A stretch of DNA of 63,862 nucleotides, filler included, from Olpidium bornovanus S191 (GCA_017911155.1; 34 parts of 34 records of this genome joined end to end with filler, not necessarily neighbours in it); one strand, 5' to 3'. Positions 12,105-22,858 are shown, numbered from the whole stretch's first letter. Notes: generated by a model from the sequence alone, not told the origin. Translations and numbers: made by a program.

Positions 12105-12120
12105 CTTTTGATGCGCAACA

Positions 12121-12134
12121 GGTTATGAGCCCAA
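12121..12134 (+). promoter_or_regulatory. Primer-binding site complementary to the initiator tRNA-Met anticodon stem-loop (half-tRNA type)
   Basis: GGTTATGAGCCCAA is the reverse complement of TTGGGCTCATAACC; GGGCUCAUAACC is the conserved anticodon arm of tRNAiMet. It directly follows the LTR-terminal CA. Confidence 0.85.
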
Positions 12135-13915
12135 TCGTGACTTTGTCCCTCCGATTGTGGTTGCGCGGGTGGCCGAGCCCCGTTGATAGCAGTGCCTGAG
12201 GTGCCTGGCTCGAGGGGGGGNNNNNNNNNNNNNNNNNNNNNNNNNNNNNNNNNNNNNNNNNNNNTTAATTAATTAANNNNNNNNNNNNNNNNNNNNNNNN
12301 NNNNNNNNNNNNNNNNNNNNCATGAGCATTGCCAAGTAAAGGTGCGGACTGAGAGTGACAGCATATTTGGAGCGCAAAATCAGGTCTCTCAATGCCCAAA
12401 GGGAGGCCCGAGTTCCGGAGCAAGACCAAATCTGTTAATGAGAAATGCCAAGTAGGGGTGCAGACTGAGCGTGACAGCATTTCCTGTCCAGGATCCACAG
12501 GTTGCAAGATGTGCATTGGAGGAGCAGCAAGAGCGCCTGGATGCAAGGTCCACGAACGTTTTGCCAGGCGTGACTGGCATCTAAATTTAATTTCGCTTGG
12601 AGCTTTTGGACAGGAGGGGGGGAAATACCGTAATGCTTACTTACATGATGTGCTTTTTTTACAAAGTCGGCTTGCCGTATCCTTTCTTCTCACGAATAGT
12701 ATCATCACAAGTGCTTATCATGACTCGGGCGGAATAATCGCCAATGTGAGTGTGTTCAAACTCCCTTGGTGAATGCCACTTTTGGGCTTTTTAACGTATG
12801 GATGCTATTTGAACGGGTGCCAAGCGGCGTTCCTCTTGGGGGGGGGGGAGATTTCTGAGCGGGAAATCGACGACGGTTGAAGTTCGCCGTTTGCTGTTCG
12901 TTAACTTAGTCTCTCTGATCGAGATTCTCATAAGTTGTTTACGGCAATCCCCGTCCCGCCTCTTTCCCTCCCCCTCTCACCCACACGGTCGCGTTGCCGC
13001 ACTTTTCTGCGAGGGGGGGGGGAGCGGAAAGGCGGGCCGAGATTCAATCACGCGACCGTCGTGCGCTGCCATACTGCTTTGCGCGGCGTTCGGCCAAAAC
13101 CTGCCGTACGGAGCGGCGGGTGCGTTCGATGGGGCGCGAACCCGCGGATACCGGCTACCAACGAGGGGGACGCCTGGCCGGCCTCTTTTTGCTGCCGAGT
13201 ACGTCTGCCCTGCCGGGACGTTTCACACCGAAGCTCGACCCGCCATACGCAGCAACACCAGGACGCGCGCGCGCACTCCGACAGCGTCGGCGCACGTGCG
13301 TGGTTTCGGACTGCGCAGCGTTCTGTTTATTTCCCCCCCCCCAATTCCAAAAGACACATGCAAGGATTACGCCGGGCATTTTCCAAACCGTTTTGATGCC
13401 AGCAGAATTCACCCGAAAAGGAAACTTTACGAGGGGGGAGAGAGGGGAATTGTGGCAGCGGCACGCAAAAGTGCGCAATATGCATCAATGTATGAGCCGG
13501 CTGCCGCGGTGTGCTGTACGAACGCGACTTCTTTTTACTTCGGTCACCTGGATCTCAAGCAAGGCGTTGGTTGAATTGACCCGAGTGGCTTTTGAGTCGT
13601 TTTGTAGCTCTTCAGCGGCCTTTTAAATGAGCTTTGAACATTCGTCTGGTGTTCCTACGGCCCCCATCCCTTCCCCCCACCAGCCCGACACAAGCTTGGG
13701 ATACACCGAGCGTTTTGCAGGAGAGGAAAACGGGCCTGAAGTGTCCTCCGCCGTGTTGGGAGCTGGCATTTTCCCTTTGAGTACAGCAGGTGGCTGTGAA
13801 ACGCCGGGAGAATTTCCAGGGATCCGCACGGGGGACAGCTTGGCAGGGAGGGCACGCGGCGTTCCTGCAAAAGCGGGGGTTGGGGCGGGCGGGCGGGCGG
13901 GCGGGGGGGGGGGGT

Positions 13916-13952
<37 letters not shown>

Positions 13953-13999
13953 GGTGGCCAGCGCTGCCCTTGTCCTCCTCGGTGAAACGGTCCGGGAAG

Positions 14000-14035
<36 letters not shown>

Positions 14036-14166
14036 CCGGCTCCCCCCCCCCTCCTCCCCGAGGGGGCCGGCGGCACCCGCCAACAACTTTTTTTGGCTTG
14101 CGGGAAAAAAAAAAAAGAGAGCGAGGGCGCCGGGCGGGTCGTCGCTCTCCTCCCCCCACCAGGCGG

Positions 14167-14213
<47 letters not shown>

Positions 14214-14220
14214 CCAAACC

Positions 14221-14255
<35 letters not shown>

Positions 14256-14260
14256 AAAAA

Positions 14261-14395
14261 CAAGTCGAGCAGGAGCCGAACAAGTCCGAGCTGCTGATGA
14301 ACAGCATCCTCGGCGTCCTCAAGGCTTCCATGAGCCTTGTCGAGCTTCCGTACCTCGAAGACATGCGCCTCTCGCGCCGGCAATTCATGGTTCCG
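14261..14395 (+). CDS. Unidentified coding exon (3' truncated)
   Basis: QVEQEPNKSELLMNSILGVLKASMSLVELPYLEDMRLSRRQFMVP with strong third-position G/C bias after an A-rich intron-like tract. Confidence 0.45.
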
Positions 14396-14500
14396 NNNNN
14401 NNNNNNNNNNNNNNNNNNNNNNNNNNNNNNNNNNNNNNNTTAATTAATTAANNNNNNNNNNNNNNNNNNNNNNNNNNNNNNNNNNNNNNNNNNNNCATGC

Positions 14501-15114
14501 CTTGTTGTCAGCAGCATTGACCAGGATCTCGTCGAATATCTTGTAAAAGCCCGGGACAAAAGTGATCGGTCTGAATTCCATGGCTTCAGTGGCGGAGCTG
14601 AACACCCACATCGGCTGCGTGACCGACTCGACAGATCCGATATACGTGTCCGGTCGAAGTAGTATGTGTTCAAGCTGCGTTTTTTTCTGATAGATATCTA
14701 CGAAGCAATGGACGTTCAAAATGCTGCAACTCGCGACGAAGGCAAGGTTTGCGCGCGGCACCCCAATTTTTACCTTCAACGGCACGCTGTCCAACGCTGT
14801 TCCCAAATGAAACAGGATTTTTCCCTCCGCCATCTTTCGCGTTCTCGGCGCTCCGTTGCTTCAGCGCAGCTCTATGAGCTGGCTGTTATGAAGGGGCCGC
14901 GGGTCAGCGGCCCCGGCCATGGAGAAGTCGCTATAAAAATTCAGCCCTGGGGAGCGCTTGCCTTTTGCGTTCGGGGAGCGTTGGTTGCGGCGGACGAAGG
15001 GCGTTGCGGCGCGCCGTAGTCGCCGTCCTCCGCGCAGTCGCTGGCTACGCTGCCGATTTCCGGATCCTCCCACTCGCTGTGCGCGCCGTCCGAGTCGCTG
15101 ACGTGCTGCACCAT
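14501..15114 (-). CDS. TOP2: DNA topoisomerase II, N-terminal three exons
   Basis: Exons 15114-14962, 14882-14774, 14697-14501 give ...VEDIYQKKTQLEHILLRPDTYIGS...PGFYKIFDEILVNAADNK (GHKL ATPase motifs). Donors of introns 1 and 3 are GC. Confidence 0.95.
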
Positions 15115-15322
15115 TGCCGACGGATGACGGGCTGCGTGGGCGCCGGGGCGGTCGCGTGGGCGAGGCGGGCGTTTCGCTGAGGCGCGAAACCGGCCGCCCT
15201 CGAACTACAAAAAAATCTCCGCCGTCCTCGCCCCACCGCCCACCCCAAAGCCCTCCCGCAGCGCGCGAGGGCGTTTGCGCGCGGTGGCCTGGACGCACGC
15301 GGCGCACGGCGGAGTGCCGAAA

Positions 15323-16342
15323 ATGACGGACAGCGCGGTCGGGGAAGACACGGCGCCCCAGCTGGCGCAGAAGCAGAGCCCCGGTGACCAGAACGAGCCC
15401 GACGGAGCGGAGTCCGCGTGGGGCCCGCCACCGCGCCGGCAGATCCTGACCAAGGCCGACCTGGAAAACTTCCACAAATCGGAGACGTACCAGCGCTTTG
15501 TCGGGTTCGTCCAGCACCTGAACGACGCCGTGGTCGGAAAGTCGTTGAAATTGCCGTGCTACGTGTCGAAGGTGCGGTCGTCCGCGCTTGCAATGGCCCC
15601 GTGGGGCGTCGCCCGTCGTAACAGGAAGAAGTTCTGAACTCTCACGCCCGCGAGCCCTTTTTGCACTCGTCTGCAGAACGTCGAGAAAATCCTCGAAATA
15701 ATCGCCGAGGTAGGCAAGATCGCGGACGACACTCCGCCTACGGCCGACCACACTGGCAGATTCGGGAACCCGGCGTTCCGATTGTTCTACGACAAGCTCT
15801 CCAAAGTACGTGTGCACATTCTTTGGGGGACGCCTCGCGATCAACGTCAAGGACAAAATTACTTTTGTCTCCCGCTTACGACAACCACGTAGGCCGCCCC
15901 TTTTCTGCATGAAGGCTTTGTTCAGACTGAGAAAATCAATGAGATTTCCCGATATTTTATCGACTCGTTTGGAAACCGGAGGAGAATTGATTATGGGACC
16001 GGCCACGAGGCAAATTTCGCCACTTGGCTGTGAGTCGCTGCGTGGTCCGTCTTCGACAGCGAATTCCAGGTGTGGTTATTGTCAACCACCTCTTTGCCGA
16101 AGTTGTGACAAGTCACGTGTCTCGAACCACTTTCACCCCACGCAGCCTGTGCTTGGAGATAGTGGGACTAATCAAGCCGGAAGACTACGAGGCCGTCGTC
16201 CTCCGGATATTTCACGCCTACCTAAACCTGATGCGGAAGCTTCAGTTTGCATACTGGCTCGAACCCGCTGGCTCGCATGGCGTTTGGGGCCTTGATGATT
16301 ACCATTTCCTGCCGTTTATGTTCGGTTCTGCTCAGCTGCGAG
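15323..16342 (+). CDS. RRD2: PP2A activator PTPA (Rrd2-like), 4 exons visible
   Basis: GRFGNPAFR, SFGNRRRIDYGTGHE and YWLEPAGSHGVWGLDDYHFLPF are PTPA motifs; GT-AG introns; 3' truncated. Confidence 0.93.
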
Positions 16343-17379
16343 GTACGAAAATGGTAGTATTTGCGGTGTAATTCCGAGGTTTCCAGCGGGTTCTCCNNNN
16401 NNNNNNNNNNNNNNNNNNNNNNNNNNNNNNNNNNNNNNNNTTAATTAATTAANNNNNNNNNNNNNNNNNNNNNNNNNNNNNNNNNNNNNNNNNNNNGTCG
16501 AGATTTTAGTGGTATCCGGAGAGGAGTTAATCGATCCGTTTAGCACCTCGCACAATCCCGATAAAACCTCGATCCGACCGTCAAAACCACCTTACGGGCC
16601 CGATCCCTCGTAATAGGGAGTTTTCGACCTGCGTCGGTAGTTCAATTCCATATTAAAGGAATGTCACTCCAGTATCTGTCCAATAGGTATAGTGTAAGTA
16701 GTTAATAAATAGGTAATGGTTCAAACCCATTACACATATGTATTCCGCTTTATAAAGTTATGGTTGAAGTTTTTTCTGCGCCAGAATGTGCGTTGGATTC
16801 TGCTTCTGAATCTGTTTTAGATTCCCTCCTGAATATGCGCCTGACTCCGGTTCTAAATCTGTGCCAAATTCTGCTTCTGAATTCGCGTCTGATTCTGCTT
16901 CCAAATCTGCAACCCCGTTTTGATATCCTGCACCTGAGCTTGAGCCAGCGTCCGTGTCAGGAGTTGCATCAGTATCTGCATTGGATGCTTTGTCAGAATC
17001 AGCATCAAATTCCGCAGGGGACTTCTACATCAGAATGCGTTTTACATCTATGCCTCTGATCAGATGATGATCAGATGTAGATCAAATTTACGCATCAGAT
17101 TTGACAGTTGAATAACACCGTGTGCAATGGGCCATCAGCGGCTTCAACCAGCGTTACGCGGTGAAGACCGACAAAATGCAGAACGACCCGTCTGCTCTTT
17201 TATCCGTCAATGCACTTGGCAATAGCTCGGAGGTGCCCAGTACTGCTGGTTCTGTCCATTCAGATAGAACTATAACGCCGACGATTGAAATAATGAAAAA
17301 AATTGTATGCCACCCGCAGCTGCAGCAAAAGAAAAGTGTCCAAGGTATCCAAGACACTTTGTGCCGAAAAAGTATAAAA

Positions 17380-17755
17380 TCGGCTGCCGCAAAAAAAAAC
17401 AAAAAGGGCCGGTAAGAAAAAGATCGGAAAAAAAAGAACGCCGGCACTTTAATGCAACAAAAATAGAAAGAAAAAAAAATTAAGGGAATAATACGTACGC
17501 CGGCAGCCGCAACAAAACAAAAAAAAGGTACGACGGCGGCCGCAAAAGAAAAAACAAAAGAAGGAGAAACGAAGGTGCACCGGCAACCGCCACAAAAAAA
17601 AAAAAACAAAAAAAAAAGTTCGTCGGCGGTTGCAACAAAAAAAAAGAAAAAGAAAAAGAGTGCGTCGGTAACAGCCACAGAAAAGAGGTACGCCTGCGGC
17701 CGCCACCAGAAAAAACCAAGCATGGACCGGGACCCAGGTACGCCGGCGGCCCGCC
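17380..17755 (+). repeat. Degenerate interspersed array: GC-rich core of about 18 nt separated by A-rich spacers (Lys/Ala-rich coding potential)
   Basis: About 7-8 variants of GGTACGCCGGCGGCCGCAAC (e.g. 17494, 17527, 17574, 17617, 17659, 17687, 17737), each followed by A runs; translates as TPAAATKQKK / SSAVATKKKK-like units. Confidence 0.6.
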
Positions 17756-18589
17756 CTCCACTTCCCCGGAAAAAATGAAATGTATGCCGGCGCTTCCGCC
17801 CCCGCTCCCTCATGGACAATAGTATGTTGACGACCGCAAAACGAAAATAAAAACCGCGATCAGATGCCTGTCGCGATAACTCGCACACTGCTCGGCCCTT
17901 GTCCGCTTTTGCGTGAAGAAGCTGTCTCATGGTCTCTGGGCCGCAGCCCGAACGGGAGAACGAACGAAGGAAAGCGAAGGGGATCGGCTGTGGTAATGGC
18001 GAGCAAAACAAAAGCCAAGAGACCGGCAGCGTGGCAGCCAAAAAGAAANNNNNNNNNNNNNNNNNNNNNNNNNNNNNNNNNNNNNNNNNNNNTTAATTAA
18101 TTAANNNNNNNNNNNNNNNNNNNNNNNNNNNNNNNNNNNNNNNNNNNNCCCCCCCCCCCCCCCACCCACCCTCCGGCCCTCACTGGACATCCCGCAAAAC
18201 GCCGACAGCAGCGAGCTGCTGCGCGCGATCGACGACGGAAACCGTTCTTTTGCGCCAAGAATTTTTTCTTTTTCGTTGCGGGTGGAAAAAGTCAAGCACC
18301 GGGCTTTTTATTTTGTCCTTTTTTCTTTACGCGTTTTTTGTTGTTGTTGTTGTTAGAAAAAGCGGGGTTTGCGCGAGAAATGAGAATGTCTAAAAAGTAA
18401 TGCGTAAAAGTGAGAGGGGCGGAAAGGGTGGTTGGGGGAGGAAAGGGAAAGCGAAATGGCGTAAGGGTGGGGGGGGGAACGGAAAGGGGAAAGGGGAAGT
18501 AAATAAATAAACAAATAAATTATGGATTAAGCCGGTGTACGGTTAGTACGATCACCGGGGGGGGGGGGAATTCCGGAGAGAAAGGAGAA

Positions 18590-18910
18590 TCACCGCCCGG
18601 GGCACGGGTTGACGTTCCGAGGACGCGTCCGGTACTGCGCGAAGTTCTGGGTCCAGAATACCTTCCTGCGGGAGTTTCTGGCAGCGGCTCCCCCGAAGTG
18701 GGTGAAGTTGGGGTTGAGGATGTTCCTGCGGTGGCCTGTGAGGAAAGAGGGGGGAAAACGAGGGGGGGGGGGGTTGCGGTATTCGGAGTTCAGCGCTAAA
18801 CAAAAACCGAGCGGCCGCGTGTCGCGCGGCCAGTTCCGTACCTCTTTGTGAAATAATAATTATCACACACGCGCAACCTACCACCACCCATACCCCCCCC
18901 CCCCCCCCCA

Positions 18911-18942
<32 letters not shown>

Positions 18943-19480
18943 CCCCTTCCCCCCCCCCCTCTTCCTGCTCCTTCCTTCGCTCCTCTCCCGCGCCACCTTC
19001 TCTTACCCGGGGAAGCCATCCACGTCTCCATCACTTCCTGCGCCGTTTGCTGTCCAGCAGCAATGTTTTCGGCCATTTGGATGGGCCGAAGGCCGACGGC
19101 GTTAATGCGTCCCCCGAGACCGCCGGCCTCGCCTCTGAAGCTGCTGTGCGACAGCTTGTTTGCCTTGGCTTGCAACCGCGAGTGGCGCAGCGTGCTCTGA
19201 ACCAGGGCGCTGTTCCACGACGGCAAACAAAAAAAAAAATCAGCAGCACCGGAACGGTAAAGAAAGAAAGATCAGCACAACACGGCAGTTCGTCTGAGGG
19301 GGGAAAACCCTCGGGGCGGCAAAACGAAAAAAAAAACGATAATAAAATAAAATAAAAACGTGAAACACTTACGGGCTCAAAACGAGCGGGCGGATCCCTC
19401 TGTTCATCCGCTCCCTGTTCACCATGCGCTCCCAAATCCAGCTGCCGGAAGCGGTGGGGACGTTGCTGGTGGGGCCGCTA
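18590..19480 (-). CDS. CAP/SCP (YkwD-like) domain protein, 3 exons visible
   Basis: Exons about 19480-19373, 19209-19007, 18735-18590 join to MVNRERMNRGIRPLVLSPALVQSTLRHS..KLSH..MAENIAAGQQTAQEVMETWMASPGHRRNILNPNFTHFG...FWTQNF, the bacterial-type CAP signature. Confidence 0.85.
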
Positions 19481-21242
19481 ATGGGGGGGTAGAGCACACT
19501 GCCAAACGTGTCGCCGGTTCAGCGTGGTAGGCGCGAACAGTANNNNNNNNNNNNNNNNNNNNNNNNNNNNNNNNNNNNNNNNNNNNTTAATTAATTAANN
19601 NNNNNNNNNNNNNNNNNNNNNNNNNNNNNNNNNNNNNNNNNNCATGAACGAAAAAAAAAAACAAACAAGAAACAAAAAACAAAAGCTGATCAAAATGCGC
19701 TTGCGCGTCATTCTTTTTACCAACGATCTCACCGACGATGAAGAGGTGCCTATGGATCTGTGCGACACCGTCGGTGGGATCCTGGTAGTGTTGCCGGATC
19801 CCTGGGCCGCCGCAGCACCCGCCTCCGCGCCTGCCCTCGCCGAGCCAGCCGTCGGCGTCGCACCCACCGCCTCCGCCGGCGACATCCCTCCTCTCGCCCC
19901 AGGTCCGGCGATGTCCGGCCCGTGAGTGAACCGTCAATTGACAATGCCTTTAAATTTGTACCGTTTTCGTCCTTTTCGAAACGCTGACCAGCTTCGCGTT
20001 TGCCTTCCCTTTTTTTTATTTACCCGTGCCTTCCGCCCCCCCCACCGAAGAAGGCCAGCGCCGCCGGATCGGGAGAGGCTGGGGACGATCCCCGAAGAGA
20101 CCGTGGAGAAACTGCTGCTCGCATCGGGGGTAATTGCGAACGTCCGCTGTTTCCGCTGTTGAACCAGGGGCGGAAGTGCAGGAACGACGCTAACTGCCGG
20201 TTTCAGCTCTCCAGCGACGACATTTTGCGCAGGTGGTCGCTGGCGGGCTTCAGGGCTTCCGCCACCGTCCTCACATTTGGCGCGGTCCCACAATTAGACA
20301 CGTAAACATTTTCCAGGGCCTCACTTTCTGTCCCAAATTTGATCTTGGGTGGGCAGGATATTCCCGTATCATCTCTGTTTTCGAGATTGTCATAGATTGT
20401 TTAGGCTAGTCAAAAATTGGCTGTTTTTGGTCCGGCAAAACATTTAGTGAGAATCTCTCTGGACCGGACCAAAATGCTCCTGAATGGCGTTTTATGTTTC
20501 AAAATGTCTCAAATGGGTATCCACGGAGTATCTCTCGCACTAAAAGTGCATCGCAAACGGTCCGTGGAAATGGTCCGTACGGGCTATTGCGCAGGGTGCA
20601 GGCAGTAGTAAACCTCGGTCTCGGGATGATGGTCGTCCGTCCATCGAACACGGGTGACGACGTCGCTGCCGTAAGTGAGCCACAGGTGCCGTGCTTCTTT
20701 TGTTTGTAAGGATGCTTTGGCGGCTTGCTGATTGTTTGACTACGTAAAGCCAGGCCGCGATTGGCAGCGACGCTGTCACCCACCTGGGCCTCAACTCCTG
20801 CGCCCAAGTAAACGCAACACTGCGCCGGATTGGGGCCCGTATGCAGGCGGCAGAGAGCGAAGGACGTAAGTGCCACGTTTCCTTTTGATCTACCTTCTTG
20901 TTTTACCTTCGTTTTCCGTTCCCCTCACTTCTTCGCTTCTCATTTTCCTAGTGTAAAACAAAACTCTTTACGGTATGCCGGAACCTCTCTTTTTTTCCCC
21001 GGTCCATTTTCCTGTCCTTTTCATGTAATTTCATAGCAAATGTGCTGACTCATTCTCTTTTCAATCTTCTAGATCGTGAAACAATATTGGTAGATTTGTG
21101 CTGAAAGTATTTTTCGGCGCCACAACTGTTGGCCGTGAACGCNNNNNNNNNNNNNNNNNNNNNNNNNNNNNNNNNNNNNNNNNNNNTTAATTAATTAANN
21201 NNNNNNNNNNNNNNNNNNNNNNNNNNNNNNNNNNNNNNNNNN

Positions 21243-22291
21243 ACATGTCGCGCGTCGTCGACTTCACCGTCCGCGGAATCGTGTCCGACACGGCGCCGCG
21301 GACCATCCGCCAGATTTTGTCGAAGCCGGTTGACATTCTAATCACCACGGTGGCGGCCGCGCTAAAGCTGCACAAGAAGGGTGAGATGTCTTTCGCGTCC
21401 ACACGCTTCCTCGTCATTGACGAGGCCGACTCGCACCTGGAGGAAGGTTGGATTGGCGACGTGCGCCAAATTATCACGCACGTGAAGGAGTCGGCGACTA
21501 GCCAAGGCGGCTGCTACCAGCTGATCATGGTCTCCGCGACGCTACCCCGAGAAATCAGGGACGTACTGCGCCAGGAACTTCCCGACGCCCTCGAATTGGC
21601 CACACCGGCGCTGCATTGCACCAGGGCGTCCCTCCGGCAGACATTTATCGACGTTAAGGAAAGGTTTGGCGGTAATAGTGAAGAAGCGCTGCTCCACGTC
21701 CTCCGCGAAGCTTCCATGCGTGGCGACCGGCGGTTGATGATCTTCTGCAATACCAAGCGGTGCGCGATTTACCTCTACTTTTTCCTGCAACACCGGAAGG
21801 TCAGCCCGCTCCTCTTCCACAGTCACATGAGTGACGTGAGGCGGGAGGCGACGCTGGCGTACTTCAAAAGCGACAATTACGATCCGTTCGTTCCACCGCC
21901 GGACCCTGCGTGGCTGCGGGCGCGGGCGGCCGCAAAGGCGGCGGAAGCAGAGGACGATGAGCAGCGGGACGAGGAAGCGTACGACGACTGTGAGGACGAG
22001 GACGATGACGACGTCGAGGAGGAGGAGGAGGAGGAGGAGGAGGAGGAAAACGAGGAGAACTGGTTGGTCAAAGGGGAGAAGAAGAGCGTCAAGCGGCGGC
22101 GGAGGGCCAAGCTCCAGGCCCAAATGTCGAAGCTGCTGGCGGCGGCGCGGGAGCAGGCGGCGAAGGAGGAGCAGGAGCGCGAGCCGGCGGCGGCGCGGAG
22201 GATCCTCTCGCAGTTCGCGGAGGGCACGCTGGAGGTGCCGTTCCCGGTGCGGCCGGACGCCTCCGGGGGGGTGCCCACGGCGCAGCGCATG
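21243..22291 (+). CDS. MRH4: DEAD-box RNA helicase, Mrh4/DDX28-like, internal fragment
   Basis: LVIDEAD (motif II), MVSATLP (III), TPALH and LMIFCNTK (IV), then a long acidic insertion. The subfamily is inferred from the TPxLH context. Confidence 0.7.
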
Positions 22292-22591
22292 NNNNNNNNN
22301 NNNNNNNNNNNNNNNNNNNNNNNNNNNNNNNNNNNTTAATTAATTAANNNNNNNNNNNNNNNNNNNNNNNNNNNNNNNNNNNNNNNNNNNNTAATGAGAA
22401 TTAGGGAGAAAACCTGCCTGAACCTGTACTTACCCGGTCTCGATCTTTGTTATTGCTGCCGCAGATTCCTGGTAATGTGTTTCAAGCGGGGAAAGCGGGC
22501 CGGAATTCATGGTTACTTCCTCCTTCCTCGAACAAACGCGAACGCGTCCGCCGCCTTGCCGGAGCACAGACGGCAAAAACACATCACTTCC

Positions 22592-22610
22592 ACAGGTTAT
22601 GAGCCCAACG
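22592..22610 (+). promoter_or_regulatory. Third copy of LTR end plus half-tRNAiMet PBS (retroelement remnant)
   Basis: ACAGGTTATGAGCCCAACG shares ACAGGTTATGAGCCC exactly with 12118-12132 and with 4247-4233 (minus). Confidence 0.6.
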
Positions 22611-22858
22611 GGATTCTGACGCGAGCCTAACGAGACTCTGGCGGCAGCCGTCGCGCACCGGTTCTCCCCTTTCCCGCCATCGGCGCCGCTCCCCGCCGCA
22701 GCGCAGCTCCGCCGCCGACCGCCGCTCTCGCTCTCCACTGCGGCGCAGCCCCGCTCGCAGAGCTCCGCCGTCCCCGTCCGATGCTAACGAAAGAAAGGCC
22801 CCTCTTTTCTCTCTTCTTTATCGTCCTTCCCCCCCCCCCCCTTTTGCGCGCCTGTCAG

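Larger units (their letters stand above)
11989..12220 (+). mobile_element. Candidate TRIM (miniature non-autonomous LTR retrotransposon) with tRNA-derived LTR; 3' LTR lost at contig break
   Basis: 132-bp LTR 11989-12120 bounded by TGTTG...CAACA inverted termini; PBS GGTTATGAGCCC immediately after (12121-12132); 100-bp internal region with no gag or pol, ending in polypurine tract GAGGGGGGG (12212-12220). Confidence 0.75.

Noticed and set aside
13612-14443. Long poly-Pro/Gly/Lys/Phe ORFs in the ORF track (also 25025-25290, 38902-39341, 63317-63856)
   Set aside because: Translations of homopolymer runs; not genes.
16740-17030. Acidic DSEAES-type repeat frame on the minus strand
   Set aside because: Frameshifted, low-complexity and with no start or family signal; cannot be called a gene.
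19700-20900. Possible exons in this fragment (TIPEETVEKLLLASG; RHLWLTYGSDVVTRVRW)
   Set aside because: Splice-like boundaries are present but no family was recognised and frames could not be joined with confidence.
22424-22436. TACTTACC as the U1 snRNA 5' end
   Set aside because: Simply the reverse complement of GGTAAGTA; no U1 stem-loops or Sm site follow.
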